Virus record (IMG/VR): IMGVR_UViG_2706796476_000001
Coordinates: 64,001 to 128,000 of that record
Length of the DNA: 64,000 nt
Strand: one strand, 5' to 3'
From: a virus
Lineage: Duplodnaviria; Caudoviricetes
Under the pieces are notes generated by a model. That model saw only the letters and a list, made by a program, of their open reading frames with translations, did no database searches and was not told where the DNA came from. Positions 9,721-20,180 of the stretch are shown here, piece by piece. A program made the translations under genes and the position numbers. The stretch's first letter is position 1. The number at the start of each line of letters is the position of its first letter.

Positions 9721-10223
9721 TACCTACGCCCCCTTTCGTTTAGTATTACGTCAATCTGATTCTCTAAGTACCCGAAAGAAATGTTCATATCCCGAAGAAC
9801 CTCAATTAAACCATAGTACTTCTCTTCAGTGCTCAGGTAATCTGTGATAAAGTTTAAGTTTGTTCGTGCCTTTCGGATATCAGAATGTGATACATACTGT
9901 AGGTTTCTGAACTCGTTGTCTATTGTGTAGAGTAGTGAAAAGGCTTCGAGGACAGTTGCTCGTAGCAGCATGTAAATATCCGGAGCATAAGAACCTAAGT
10001 CACTATTCAGCGCTTTGTAGACAACTGTCTCCGGTTCTAGCTCTTCAGCCTCTACTTCTATTTTACCACTTTTGAGCTCAGACTGGACAAGTCTTGCTAC
10101 AGTGGACAAAGAATATACAGATTCATATAACTCTGATTGAAAGTTAGGGGTTACTGGAATAGTTCCATCGGTCAGTATAGGTATGTTAGATATGAATCGA
10201 ATTAAGTCTTCAGCGTATGCCAT
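9720..10223 (-). CDS. virion/baseplate-region hypothetical protein
   Basis: Translationally coupled ORF within the baseplate module. Confidence 0.65.
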   Translation of the reverse strand: MAYAEDLIRFISNIPILTDGTIPVTPNFQSELYESVYSLSTVARLVQSELKSGKIEVEAEELEPETVVYKALNSDLGSYAPDIYMLLRATVLEAFSLLYTIDNEFRNLQYVSHSDIRKARTNLNFITDYLSTEEKYYGLIEVLRDMNISFGYLENQIDVILNERGRR

Positions 10224-10984
10224 TAATTCTTCCTCCTTAAGTAGTAACCGATGGAGTAACCTAGCCCACCCATTCCGTACGTGTACGACGTAGAAGAAGG
10301 CGCTTGTGGATTCACTGCATCGTTACTAGGCGATGTTGACATAGGGGAGTTTGATGACCCTTGCGATTGGTTAACAACTCCGCTGTTATAGATTTTATCG
10401 TTACCTGACGTCGGGTCATAAGGGTCTGCTTTGTTTACATCGTAAGGACTTTGTTTGCTTTCTTTTCCTTTTGGTAACGATGGAAACCTATTGCCAATCT
10501 CCGGAGAGAGCTTCTCTTCATCCGACGGTTCGTTAGCCTCTCGAAGAATTACAAACTTTATGTCGTACCGGTAGGTAAGTGGAGAACTGACATCTTGTGT
10601 GTAAGTAACCCCTTCAGGAGATAAATGGACTACATAGCTCTCGTCATTGGTGAAGTCGTGGAAGAAAAGATCACTAGCAGATTTATTTCCGTTTCCTCCT
10701 AGACGAGCATAGTAAATTAAATAGTCTTTCATCTCTTTTATTTTGTTAATACCTCGGTCTGATGTTCTTCCTGTTGGATTGAAACCTGTAGTTCCTCCAA
10801 TTGTCACAGTCGGGATGTCGTCTTGGAAATCTTCTACAACGATCCTGCTTTTTGTTTTAACTGCTGTCGCTCTGTGTGGTCTGCTGTAAACAATACTTTC
10901 AGGGTTCACAGCGAATCTATAAAATTTGTTCCCTAGCTGGAACGCTATCTTCCTTAGATTTGTTTTGCCATCTGACATGGTCAT
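10223..10984 (-). CDS. putative tail tube initiator/baseplate hub protein
   Basis: YRFAVNPESI...VTIGGTTG...YRYDIKF pattern; synteny. Confidence 0.6.
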   Translation of the reverse strand: MTMSDGKTNLRKIAFQLGNKFYRFAVNPESIVYSRPHRATAVKTKSRIVVEDFQDDIPTVTIGGTTGFNPTGRTSDRGINKIKEMKDYLIYYARLGGNGNKSASDLFFHDFTNDESYVVHLSPEGVTYTQDVSSPLTYRYDIKFVILREANEPSDEEKLSPEIGNRFPSLPKGKESKQSPYDVNKADPYDPTSGNDKIYNSGVVNQSQGSSNSPMSTSPSNDAVNPQAPSSTSYTYGMGGLGYSIGYYLRRKN

Positions 10985-11012
10985 CTGAATCACCTCATTC
11001 TTAATATAAGAA

Positions 11013-11034
11013 AAGACGGGAAGAATCCCGTCTT
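11013..11034. terminator. intrinsic terminator
   Basis: AAGACGGGA-AGAA-TCCCGTCTT hairpin with A/T flanks. Confidence 0.65.
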
Positions 11035-11045
11035 ATTAGTGTGTT

Positions 11046-11360
11046 TTATTCGTTTGTTTCTCCAGCATCGCCTTCGGCTTCTTTTTCCTTCTCAAGAGCT
11101 TCTCTTTCAGCTTTAGTAAGAGCAGCCTCCGGAAGACCAGCTTCAATCAGCATTTTCTTTGTCAATGGTCGTTGGTCTAAAGGTACTTTATCCATGTCCC
11201 ACTGACCTAGAATGATCAAACCAGCATTGATTCGTATAATTGGAGGGTATTTTGCACGGATAGCTTCATACTCGTCCATTGTTATAGGAAGTTTGTAACC
11301 TTTCCTAGCAGCAGTAGTCATTTGATCCTCGATTAGATTTGTGTTTAAAGTGTTGTCCAT
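11046..11360 (-). CDS. hypothetical protein (tail fibre module)
   Basis: ORF with RBS in the operon. Confidence 0.6.
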   Translation of the reverse strand: MDNTLNTNLIEDQMTTAARKGYKLPITMDEYEAIRAKYPPIIRINAGLIILGQWDMDKVPLDQRPLTKKMLIEAGLPEAALTKAEREALEKEKEAEGDAGETNE

Positions 11361-11407
11361 TATTAGTAATTACTCCCTTCAATTTCTGATCTTGGTTGGT
11401 GTAAGTC

Positions 11408-11872
11408 TTAAGCTTCTTCCTCTACTGGAACTTCTCCGCCATCGTCCTCGGCTGGAGGATCATCGAGAGGGTTCCTACCCAGTTCAGAAAGAAGTGTAGA
11501 AATCAAAACGATGTAATCTTCGTTCATTTGTGTAAGCATATCTACCTTGCCTTTTAACTCTTCAATTTCGTCATCCTTCTGTTTAAGGATGTTCTCAATG
11601 TTATTGAGTATCGTTTTTCGTTTGTCCTCTTCCTCTTGGCGCTTCTTCTCTTCTTCTCGTCGTTTTTCCCATATAGTAGGGTCGTATACTAATTTGTCGT
11701 TGATAAGTAGGTAGTTTCCGTAGTTCATGAAGAAATGGTGATCTTCTTCGAGCTCGTACTCAATTAGGTTTGGTGCACCTGAACTCGACCAACCATCTAC
11801 TAGGAGTACTCCTTCTTGCTCTGTTCTTACAACTGATAAATAAAACTTTCTCATTTTTGCCACTATAATCAT
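11408..11872 (-). CDS. putative tail fibre assembly/chaperone protein
   Basis: Follows the tail fibre gene; NYLLINDKLVYDP motif followed by a coiled coil. Confidence 0.55.
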   Translation of the reverse strand: MIIVAKMRKFYLSVVRTEQEGVLLVDGWSSSGAPNLIEYELEEDHHFFMNYGNYLLINDKLVYDPTIWEKRREEEKKRQEEEDKRKTILNNIENILKQKDDEIEELKGKVDMLTQMNEDYIVLISTLLSELGRNPLDDPPAEDDGGEVPVEEEA

Positions 11873-11887
11873 CCCTTCAAATTTAAC

Positions 11888-14290
11888 TTACCAAGTATAC
11901 ACGTACCTTAGAACGGTCGTGTTGTTGGAGGACACACCGTTTTGGGCGTGTCCCGATATTGTTGTATTCGTGATATAGATGTACTTAAACACCGGTTGCA
12001 TTCTCGATACTACGCCAGTTCCGGAGGTAGGGTCAGCTCCTAGAGAATGAACCATACCTCCCGCTGAAAGGGAACCGAACCTTTTAGGGACATAGACAAA
12101 GTTCCAAAAGGAGTTAAGAGGCGCTCCGCTGTCGTATCTGCTCCAAACCATTATCCACCCATTAGGGCAATCTGTGATTGCTCTTTTAGGAGTTACCGTC
12201 TGCGAGTCGTTTATGACCCAAGCTCCTGCCCATAGTTCTTCTAACCCCTGAACATCTCTAAATATTACATTATCATTCAGATAGCCAGTACCGTTAAGGA
12301 CTCGTTCTTGATCGTAGTCATCAAAATTTTTGCTGTTGTCAGGTGCCCCTGACTTGAGCCACATCAGACCTTCGCCTCGGTTGTTAGAAATGTCATTAAA
12401 GAACAGACCGTTCAATCCAGTTACATCGGAGTTATTTAGGAATAACGCTCCTGTTCCCTCGGTAGCTCCCGACCATATATTCGCTCCAAACTCTACAGTA
12501 CCGTTAATCTTAATTGAGTATTCTTTGGTAGGGAAATCAAAAAATCCAACAGCTTTTAAGTCCGGATCGAAAAATTGCATCGGTCGTCCAGCAGAGATAA
12601 CGTAGTCTTTCGTGACCGTCGAGAGTTGATCTACTGCTTCGATTTGTAGGTTGAAAGTCTGTAGTTCACTTAAAGTAATGGTTTGAGCTACGGTGTAAGT
12701 TACGGGACCTCCGGTCTTGAGTAAGTTCCACCACTGCCCCCATGTGGTTGCATTAGCTAACTTCCATCTAAACCTTAGTGACTTCAGCGAGTTCTTGTTC
12801 GTAGAGCCTACAGTTAATGGTTTAAGTACTACAGTTTTTGCTAAGTTTGTTGCTGCTTCGAATCCGTTGTTACGTGTAACCGACACTGCGATGTTAGGAT
12901 TCGCATACGGTATTACTGTAACCGCCTTTGTAACCGATGTTGAGAATCCTCGACTATCGGTTGCTTTAATCGTAATATTAGTGTTGGCTGATGCTGTGAC
13001 TGTCCCGAAAGATATTACTACGTCAGAAGTCGAATAATTTGCTGTTTTTGTTACTCCGTTGACAGTTACTGAGTACGTTTTCATGACTGCGCTATTCTGT
13101 GCTGTAGCGCCGGAGGCGGACGGTATTGTAACTTGCAGGTTTGACCTGTTTTGAATAATTAGTTGATCGTTGGCAGTAATGGCTGTTGTGGTCGCATTTA
13201 CGTCCTTGTAGGCTATGCCCGTTGCTGTGAACACTGGTTTATTTGTGCTTGGATTTGCTACATATGTAAAAGCCTTATTTGTCGGGATGCCTACTTGAGT
13301 ACTTCCATAATAGGTAGTTACCCGAATATTTGCACTATTCGACGAAGATTGACCTAACTGAGAATAGATAGAACTTTGCTCCGAGGCTGACGGTGTCCAT
13401 GAAGTGCTTGTGCTTACTCCTGTTATCGTCTTTCGATAGTTCCCTGTAGTAATCTCGACAGTGTGTGTAAAGCTGCTGTTAGACCTATTCAGACCGATCG
13501 TGAATGTCTGATCTACATACACGTTAGTAGCTGACCCACCTTGACCGTTCGTTGAACTTACAGAGGTTAAACTAGGTATTGTACAAGTTCCGGTGTAAGT
13601 TGTGGTTCCTACCTTAGTACTCCCACTATAGGTATTTACATTCCATCTGACATCGGCTGATGTTCTGCCATCCAGCTGTTTAAAAATGTTCTCGAACTCA
13701 GCGCTCGTAAAACTAGTAGACTTAGAAGTTTGCGATGTGGATAAATCAACTCTTGTGATGTTGACCCATGATCCGCTTCGATTCTTGATGTCTAAGTATA
13801 CAATGTGACTGAACGTTGATGATGCTCGAGAAATTGTCACTGTTCTGTTACTGCCTGCTGTTAAGGATGCACTTGAACTCATTGTTGAAGCTCTTGGAAT
13901 AGTCGGTAAGCTGAACGTTTTAGCAGATATAGTAATACGGTTGTAATCTTTGCCTTGAAGGTTAACATAGGGGCTAAACTCTCCACTAATTTTTACGCTC
14001 CCTGACCCGTCGCCGCTATGTTTGACTGTTTTAGACTTAGTAGCAAGAAGTTTCTTCTGATTTGCATTTAACGCTGGAGTAGCACTAAAACTATAGTCTG
14101 TTCCGTCGATAGTTACTTTTCCGCTACGAGTCTGAGTTGCACGTATTGCACCATAACCATTTAGAGCTTCCCAATAAATCTTCGCAGTAACTGTACTCGA
14201 GTTGTTAGATACGTTCTGTGTTGCAGTCCACGATACAGAAAGCCTCCAGTGCGATCCTACATTTGTATAAATTGTGCCTGAACCTGCCAT
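11888..14290 (-). CDS. tail fibre / receptor-binding protein (DUF859-like N-terminus)
   Basis: S/T-rich beta protein with QNVSNNSSTVT...TIPRAST motifs; C-terminal WAGAW...CPNGWIMVWSRY receptor-type domain; AAGGAGGA RBS before ATG 14290. Confidence 0.7.
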   Translation of the reverse strand: MAGSGTIYTNVGSHWRLSVSWTATQNVSNNSSTVTAKIYWEALNGYGAIRATQTRSGKVTIDGTDYSFSATPALNANQKKLLATKSKTVKHSGDGSGSVKISGEFSPYVNLQGKDYNRITISAKTFSLPTIPRASTMSSSASLTAGSNRTVTISRASSTFSHIVYLDIKNRSGSWVNITRVDLSTSQTSKSTSFTSAEFENIFKQLDGRTSADVRWNVNTYSGSTKVGTTTYTGTCTIPSLTSVSSTNGQGGSATNVYVDQTFTIGLNRSNSSFTHTVEITTGNYRKTITGVSTSTSWTPSASEQSSIYSQLGQSSSNSANIRVTTYYGSTQVGIPTNKAFTYVANPSTNKPVFTATGIAYKDVNATTTAITANDQLIIQNRSNLQVTIPSASGATAQNSAVMKTYSVTVNGVTKTANYSTSDVVISFGTVTASANTNITIKATDSRGFSTSVTKAVTVIPYANPNIAVSVTRNNGFEAATNLAKTVVLKPLTVGSTNKNSLKSLRFRWKLANATTWGQWWNLLKTGGPVTYTVAQTITLSELQTFNLQIEAVDQLSTVTKDYVISAGRPMQFFDPDLKAVGFFDFPTKEYSIKINGTVEFGANIWSGATEGTGALFLNNSDVTGLNGLFFNDISNNRGEGLMWLKSGAPDNSKNFDDYDQERVLNGTGYLNDNVIFRDVQGLEELWAGAWVINDSQTVTPKRAITDCPNGWIMVWSRYDSGAPLNSFWNFVYVPKRFGSLSAGGMVHSLGADPTSGTGVVSRMQPVFKYIYITNTTISGHAQNGVSSNNTTVLRYVYTW

Positions 14291-14369
14291 TTTCGTCCTC
14301 CTTGATGTAGCAGCCAGTCCTGTCGTCTCAACCATATTATATCAAAAATCGACAGGATAGGCTAATAAT

Positions 14370-17300
14370 TTATTCTATATTTGGTACAATTGCCCAGCCA
14401 TTTCTAATAGAAGAGGCAATATTCAAAATCTTTACTTTACCCATTGTTATTTCTTCTTTAGCTCTAAGCTTTTTGGTTACAGTTTCTTCTCCGTTAAGAT
14501 AAAAAATCTTCTCGAAGTTGCCCGTACTGTCAGGGTCATAGAATCCTGCAAACTCTGTAGGTGTGATAGCGGTGTACCCTATCTCATTTCTGTCAGCGTC
14601 GAGCTGTGAAACACGAATACCTTGTAAGTTCATTCTAACATAAGTGTTATAAACTTCCCCAGTTGAGAGTGACCACTTAAGAGGAACGTCTCCTATTGTT
14701 AGCATAATCCCTGTCAACGTAGCATCTACGCTACCGTATCCAATGAACCGGACTGTAATGTTATCCGACGTTGGAGTATACGTGAAGTATTGGGATTCGT
14801 ATCCTGTTGTTAACTGAGAGGAGTTGTCTCCTAAACTCATCTTCACGACATCATCCTCTAGTATTTGTACATAAAATCTAAATGCGGAAGTAGAACCTGC
14901 TGTACGCTTATTCAGGTACCATGACAACGTGTATGGTTGTCCTTCTATTACGGTCACAGTTTGATTTATCCCTTGGTTTAACCCATCAGGTTTAAACACA
15001 AAACCACTACCGAAACCTAGAGAGTCCAATTCCAGTGTACTAATGGTCCCGACTGTTGAGCTATTGTTATATGACAACGTCCAAAAATCTAGACCGGAGA
15101 ACCCAATACTGTTTTTAATAAGGTTCATACCACCTGCTGCATGGAACTTAGCTGTTATATCACTAGCGGTCTGATCCAGCTGCGATTGCGTGACATAAGG
15201 GGAGAAGTCGATACTATCGAAAGTATCTTTAATCTTTTTGTCTACATCGTTAGATAGGTCATCTAACTTATCATTTGTAGCATAGTTCCCGAGATCATCC
15301 GTGTTAGCTTTACTTGCAAGTGCTAACTGGTATGATACGGAACTAGTTACAGTGTTGACAATAGCATCGTCTGTTATTGACTGTTCAGCTTCAGAAATTC
15401 TTCTTTGCAGAATAGGAATTATGTATTTAAGATTATCTGTAACTGTGGCGAGGTTTAAGGCGTATCTTATGTGACCGCTCTGTATGGCTGGCGTACCTAG
15501 AGGGTACCTCAGTTCAACTTCGTTTATCCCAACCTTCAAACCTAAGACACCATCAAAAGGGATACTTACTTGAATCATTGTAGCTAAGCAGTATAATATT
15601 TGGTATGAATTAATTGAGAACTCTTCAACAGTAAAAGACTCTCCTGTAGGGACTGTTGTAACTGCTCGGGAGAGATCAGTGTCCTTAATCGGATGCCAAG
15701 TTTTAGTGCCCGTCCCGTCGTAGTTACTCCCGAATGCTCCATTACACATTTTCCATCCGAGGAAGTACGCTTTTATCTCCTCCGGGGCAGGGCTGTAAGT
15801 TTCTCCCCATCCAGTGTCGTTGTCAGATACAGAGATGTATAGATGCCCGTCACTGTTTAGCTGAACTTGGTCGATTGTAGTGACTTCGGTTGTCGTTGTC
15901 AGTAATTCTCCGGTGTGTTTAACTCCTACTACGGTGGCTCCGATCGCATCATCAGCGAAGAATCGAGAAACTAAACTTTTAAACCCTGTACTGTCTGTTG
16001 CGAGTTCCCATTCATACGAGTCGTCAATTGATACGTCTTCCCATCTTTTTTCCTTTGTTAAATCTCCGTTGTCATCCCATTTAAGATTATCGTAGTACTC
16101 ACCTTGACCGTAGAATTTTCCATATACCGTTAACACTCCTTGACTCGAGAACGAAGGATTCGTAATTGGCACTATTCTATTTCCATTTGACGCCCACTCG
16201 TCAGGAGGGTTAGCGGGATCAATTCCGTTAGCTACCCAACCATCGAAGTGCCTTCCATGAAACTCAGGAAGACCTACGCTTGCGATAGGGGAATCTACAA
16301 TTACAATGTTAGACGACGAAGTAATAGGTGCTCTTTCAAATTCTCCTGAGCTACTGACCGCTCGAATTGCGTCTCTTACTGCCCCTTCTCCTACTTGATC
16401 TGCGTACTGCTGCTGTCTTTTTTGAATCTCCGTATTTAGTAGATGGTATCGAAGTTTGTAGTTGTTCCACGCATCGTCCCACTGTGAGGAATCAATCGTA
16501 AGTGAGTCTGCGGAGGAAATGTCCCACGGTTTCGGTGTCAAGTCTCCTAGATACGTTCGAAGTGCAGAGTAAGCATTTCCAAAGTTTACAAAGAACTCGT
16601 TTACGCTAGACACTCCTATATCCCTAGCAGCCTTCCGAATAGCGTACGCCTGTCCTAGTTGACTCGCATCAATCTCATCTAAAGTCGGCATACTTTCGTT
16701 AGATTCTAAGAATCTACCAATGATGTTCGCTATTTCTGCCCTTACAACGCTTCTCTCGTACCGTGTGAGCTTGCTATCTGAATCTAGGTCTGTTATCCCG
16801 TTATACGCATCTTTGACCTGCTGATCGGCGTCAGGGTCCAGCTGCGCTAAATTCAAAGGTCCCGTTTGCTCCCACTCACCTGTTGCCTCTCGAAAAATGT
16901 AGAATTTGAATGGCTCTTGAGCAGTGTTAACCCATATCATTCCGTCTGTAGGGTTTTCCGGTGGAGTTGGTGAAGTAGCAATGTCATTTAAGTTTACAAG
17001 GGTCTTTTGTCCTGATGATACGATTCGTCCTTGAATTGATTTCTTGCTAACGTCTACAACTAAGTTACTCGTTCCTTTCACGTCAGCGGAAGGTACTGTT
17101 ATCTTATCTCCAGTGATAGTAGTATATTTTTTAATCAACTCGCCGTCCGATTTATATAGGGACCATGCGAAGTTAAACTCTGTAGTCGGGATAATTGTTC
17201 CGTTCTGTACAAGCTGTGCTGTAAACTCCGCAGAGCCTACTCCGTTCTTGTACACAGATGATCCTAGGATATCTGCCATAACGGGGTCTTGGAAGTCTCG

Positions 17301-18122
17301 TGCAATAACCACACCTGAATATTTTACACCTGTGACCGGTGCTGTAGCGATACAGCGGAATCCTTTTACTCCGTCAATTGCTCCGGCAGGTACAGATATT
17401 TTGAAAGTTGTGTACCCTGTTATTCCGTGATTATTGGAAGCAGTGAGTAGTTCCCATCCATCGCCTCCATCCGCATCCCCTAAATTGTCCGAAGTAGCGT
17501 CTGCATTTTGGATGTACCATTTAAAAGCAGAAGGCGTCACTTTATCGGAGCCTTTGTACATATCTGCCTGTATCTCTACTCGTCCGGTGCTGTTTCTTAT
17601 CGTGTCACCTTTAGGCGTCCAAAGGTTAATGAAGTATGCATCCGCACCGGAAATTCCACTATCTACTTTAATTACTTCAAAGCTTGCTTTCACGATAATG
17701 TCGAAGTTTGTCAAAGTTTCAGTGTACGTGACAACACAGGTGAAAATTTGATTTGTTTGGTTAGTGAGGTTTGATTTGATGACAAGCGTCTTAGCCGCAG
17801 TTGTTGCCGGATCAGAAGTTAATGAGTACGCTAGCCCGCTAGGTGTTGTTCCGGCACTTGTTTCAGCTAACGGCGTATCTGTTTGAGTTCCCTCGTACCA
17901 TTTGAGAGACTTAACACTGGCTGAAGGGAGAAGGTTTGTACCATCCCCTCCTGAAACGTAGAGCTCCGGTGTGATTCTTAAGTTGTTATTGGTAAAGTTA
18001 GGTGTGTAAGTCCCCTTGTTTGGATCGAATATTTGAGTACGCACATTACCATTTAAGTAAAGAACGTACTGCTTTGCATCATTCAGGTTAGTTAACGTTA
18101 TCTGTCCTGCGGTTAAAGCCAT
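14370..18122 (-). CDS. large tail fibre / host-specificity protein
   Basis: 1250 aa; Ig-like N-terminal repeats, PPENPTDGMIWVNT, and GGMNLIKNS plus a CBM-like C-terminus. Confidence 0.7.
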   Translation of the reverse strand: MALTAGQITLTNLNDAKQYVLYLNGNVRTQIFDPNKGTYTPNFTNNNLRITPELYVSGGDGTNLLPSASVKSLKWYEGTQTDTPLAETSAGTTPSGLAYSLTSDPATTAAKTLVIKSNLTNQTNQIFTCVVTYTETLTNFDIIVKASFEVIKVDSGISGADAYFINLWTPKGDTIRNSTGRVEIQADMYKGSDKVTPSAFKWYIQNADATSDNLGDADGGDGWELLTASNNHGITGYTTFKISVPAGAIDGVKGFRCIATAPVTGVKYSGVVIARDFQDPVMADILGSSVYKNGVGSAEFTAQLVQNGTIIPTTEFNFAWSLYKSDGELIKKYTTITGDKITVPSADVKGTSNLVVDVSKKSIQGRIVSSGQKTLVNLNDIATSPTPPENPTDGMIWVNTAQEPFKFYIFREATGEWEQTGPLNLAQLDPDADQQVKDAYNGITDLDSDSKLTRYERSVVRAEIANIIGRFLESNESMPTLDEIDASQLGQAYAIRKAARDIGVSSVNEFFVNFGNAYSALRTYLGDLTPKPWDISSADSLTIDSSQWDDAWNNYKLRYHLLNTEIQKRQQQYADQVGEGAVRDAIRAVSSSGEFERAPITSSSNIVIVDSPIASVGLPEFHGRHFDGWVANGIDPANPPDEWASNGNRIVPITNPSFSSQGVLTVYGKFYGQGEYYDNLKWDDNGDLTKEKRWEDVSIDDSYEWELATDSTGFKSLVSRFFADDAIGATVVGVKHTGELLTTTTEVTTIDQVQLNSDGHLYISVSDNDTGWGETYSPAPEEIKAYFLGWKMCNGAFGSNYDGTGTKTWHPIKDTDLSRAVTTVPTGESFTVEEFSINSYQILYCLATMIQVSIPFDGVLGLKVGINEVELRYPLGTPAIQSGHIRYALNLATVTDNLKYIIPILQRRISEAEQSITDDAIVNTVTSSVSYQLALASKANTDDLGNYATNDKLDDLSNDVDKKIKDTFDSIDFSPYVTQSQLDQTASDITAKFHAAGGMNLIKNSIGFSGLDFWTLSYNNSSTVGTISTLELDSLGFGSGFVFKPDGLNQGINQTVTVIEGQPYTLSWYLNKRTAGSTSAFRFYVQILEDDVVKMSLGDNSSQLTTGYESQYFTYTPTSDNITVRFIGYGSVDATLTGIMLTIGDVPLKWSLSTGEVYNTYVRMNLQGIRVSQLDADRNEIGYTAITPTEFAGFYDPDSTGNFEKIFYLNGEETVTKKLRAKEEITMGKVKILNIASSIRNGWAIVPNIE

Positions 18123-18135
18123 TTAAGTATCCTCC

Positions 18136-20166
18136 TTATTCGTCTTGGATTTCACAGTTGAAAGTTGCACGAGCCTTAACGTCCGCTGCGGTGATTACTA
18201 TGGATTTCTTCCCGGCAGCATTAGCACTGTTCCAAGCTGTGTCTCCGGCAGCATCGTCAGATACTCTTGTCCATTTAAAGCGGCTTGCAGCAATGGAGTC
18301 TGTAATCTCTTGGTCTCCTCTAAACACTTTGCAGAAGAGCGTTGTATTAATAAGTCCATCTCGGAACACAAGTCCGTTTGTACTAAATATTTCCGCTTTG
18401 TACGGTACCTTCTTCTCTACTTCGGTAACCCGATCGTTGGTGTTCTGTATTTCTTCTGTCGCTTTCTTTTCGACATCTGCTATTTTCGTATTGACATCTC
18501 CGACGACTTTAGTAAACTCCTCAGATTTAACTCGGCTTTTAATCTCATTGTCGAGAATAGTGAACTGCGCCTCTGTGTACCTTCTAGAGGCGTTCTCAGC
18601 TTCTTTAGCCATCGCTAGGGCTATCGCATCCGCTGCCTTTTGAAACGCCGCAGAGAGGTTAGCAACGGCTGTTCTGTAGTCCTGAAAGGCTCCGTTGACT
18701 GCTTGGCGATCTTCCTCTGTTATTTTTCCGTCTTGGATTGCTGCGTAAATGATATCTATCAGTTCAGCAAACTTACTATCGTACGCACCTTTGGCAACTT
18801 CTAAGAAGTCATGTTGCTCAGTAGGCAGGTACTCATTACTGACCATTTCCTCGTATCTTGCATCAAGGTCAAGTTTCTCAGTTCTAAGGCTGTTTATGTA
18901 TGACTCTATGACTTTGGCTTCAGCTTGGTCGATAATACCATCTTGGAAAGCCCCGTCTATGTACTCATCAAGGTTAGTTATAATCTCGCTAAGGTCATCA
19001 ATTTCTTTCTTGGCTCCGTCGAAAAGTTCTTTAGACTTCCTGTTTACTTCTTCGAGGTCTACATCAAGCTCTGTTCTACTTACCTTCATATCTATTTTAC
19101 CATTAACGACCGTTATTTCTGTTTTTATCTTCGTGAGATCATTAATGATGTCGTCTAATGGGTTCTCTCCGGGCTCTCCACCTCCGCCCCAAGAAGAGAT
19201 AGGTTTTCCGTTTATGTATACACCTTTGCTATTGACCGCAAGCTCATGTTCTCTTGATTTCATGATGACATCGCCGTCATCGTTTATTCCAATTTTAGAG
19301 AACTTCTCCGGCTCCCCTTCAGGATCGGTAGTCCCTTTATTTTGGACGATATGGAACGTACCGTCGGTAGTCATTTCCATAAAGGTTATTCCGGTTCCTT
19401 CCTTGTGCCTACTACCCATCCTCACTGTACCGTCCGCCTTAATGAAGAATGTTACCCTGTGACTCTCGTAGATGCCTTGATGGACATATAGCACAGTAGG
19501 AGAGGCTGCTGATTTTGGCTCTATCAGCTCACCGTTTGCGTATCGGGAACTAGGAAGGTCATCATAGTCAAACCCCCCGTCCTGAACATAGGAGTTGTCG
19601 GGGTCGGAATCAGTTATGTACAAGAAAGACTTGCCTGAGAAAGTTACTTCTTGGTTACCGTGACCATCTATGTTTCTATAAGTCATAGAAGGGTATAAAG
19701 TAAATAGTTGCCACAGCTCCTGCTGAATGGCTTCTTGAGACTCATCAGCGCTTGAGAATGTTGTTCGTGTTAGTTGTGACTGGTTATCTGTATCTCCATA
19801 GATGTTGAGGACAATAGGCTGATCTTTGCTTCCTTCAAGATAACCAATCAATACGAGTGATCCGACGGTTACTAATGTGTTGCTGCCATACACATTTCCG
19901 TCCGGTGTTGTTCCTCCGAATGCTACTGGGAGACGTGCTGAGAATTTTCCGTTATCGTTAGGGTTACCCCCTGTTGAGTTCTTGTATACTGTTGTTGTAA
20001 CCTCTACCGTGTTGTATTTATAGTTAACTTTTGTGACTCGGGCAAGGGAGAGCTTTACTACTTTATCCCCCTCTTTGTATCTACGTTCCCTCTCAGCCCC
20101 TAGTGTAGATTGAAACCTCATAGGGTCTAACGGGTTTAGAAACTTCTCAAATTCGAAGTCTGCCAT
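18136..20166 (-). CDS. baseplate central spike/hub-like tail protein
   Basis: N-terminal OB-fold-like ARVTKVN...VGSLVLIGYLEG followed by a coiled coil; synteny after the tail lysin. Confidence 0.65.
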   Translation of the reverse strand: MADFEFEKFLNPLDPMRFQSTLGAERERRYKEGDKVVKLSLARVTKVNYKYNTVEVTTTVYKNSTGGNPNDNGKFSARLPVAFGGTTPDGNVYGSNTLVTVGSLVLIGYLEGSKDQPIVLNIYGDTDNQSQLTRTTFSSADESQEAIQQELWQLFTLYPSMTYRNIDGHGNQEVTFSGKSFLYITDSDPDNSYVQDGGFDYDDLPSSRYANGELIEPKSAASPTVLYVHQGIYESHRVTFFIKADGTVRMGSRHKEGTGITFMEMTTDGTFHIVQNKGTTDPEGEPEKFSKIGINDDGDVIMKSREHELAVNSKGVYINGKPISSWGGGGEPGENPLDDIINDLTKIKTEITVVNGKIDMKVSRTELDVDLEEVNRKSKELFDGAKKEIDDLSEIITNLDEYIDGAFQDGIIDQAEAKVIESYINSLRTEKLDLDARYEEMVSNEYLPTEQHDFLEVAKGAYDSKFAELIDIIYAAIQDGKITEEDRQAVNGAFQDYRTAVANLSAAFQKAADAIALAMAKEAENASRRYTEAQFTILDNEIKSRVKSEEFTKVVGDVNTKIADVEKKATEEIQNTNDRVTEVEKKVPYKAEIFSTNGLVFRDGLINTTLFCKVFRGDQEITDSIAASRFKWTRVSDDAAGDTAWNSANAAGKKSIVITAADVKARATFNCEIQDE

Positions 20167-20180
20167 GATTCTCACCTACC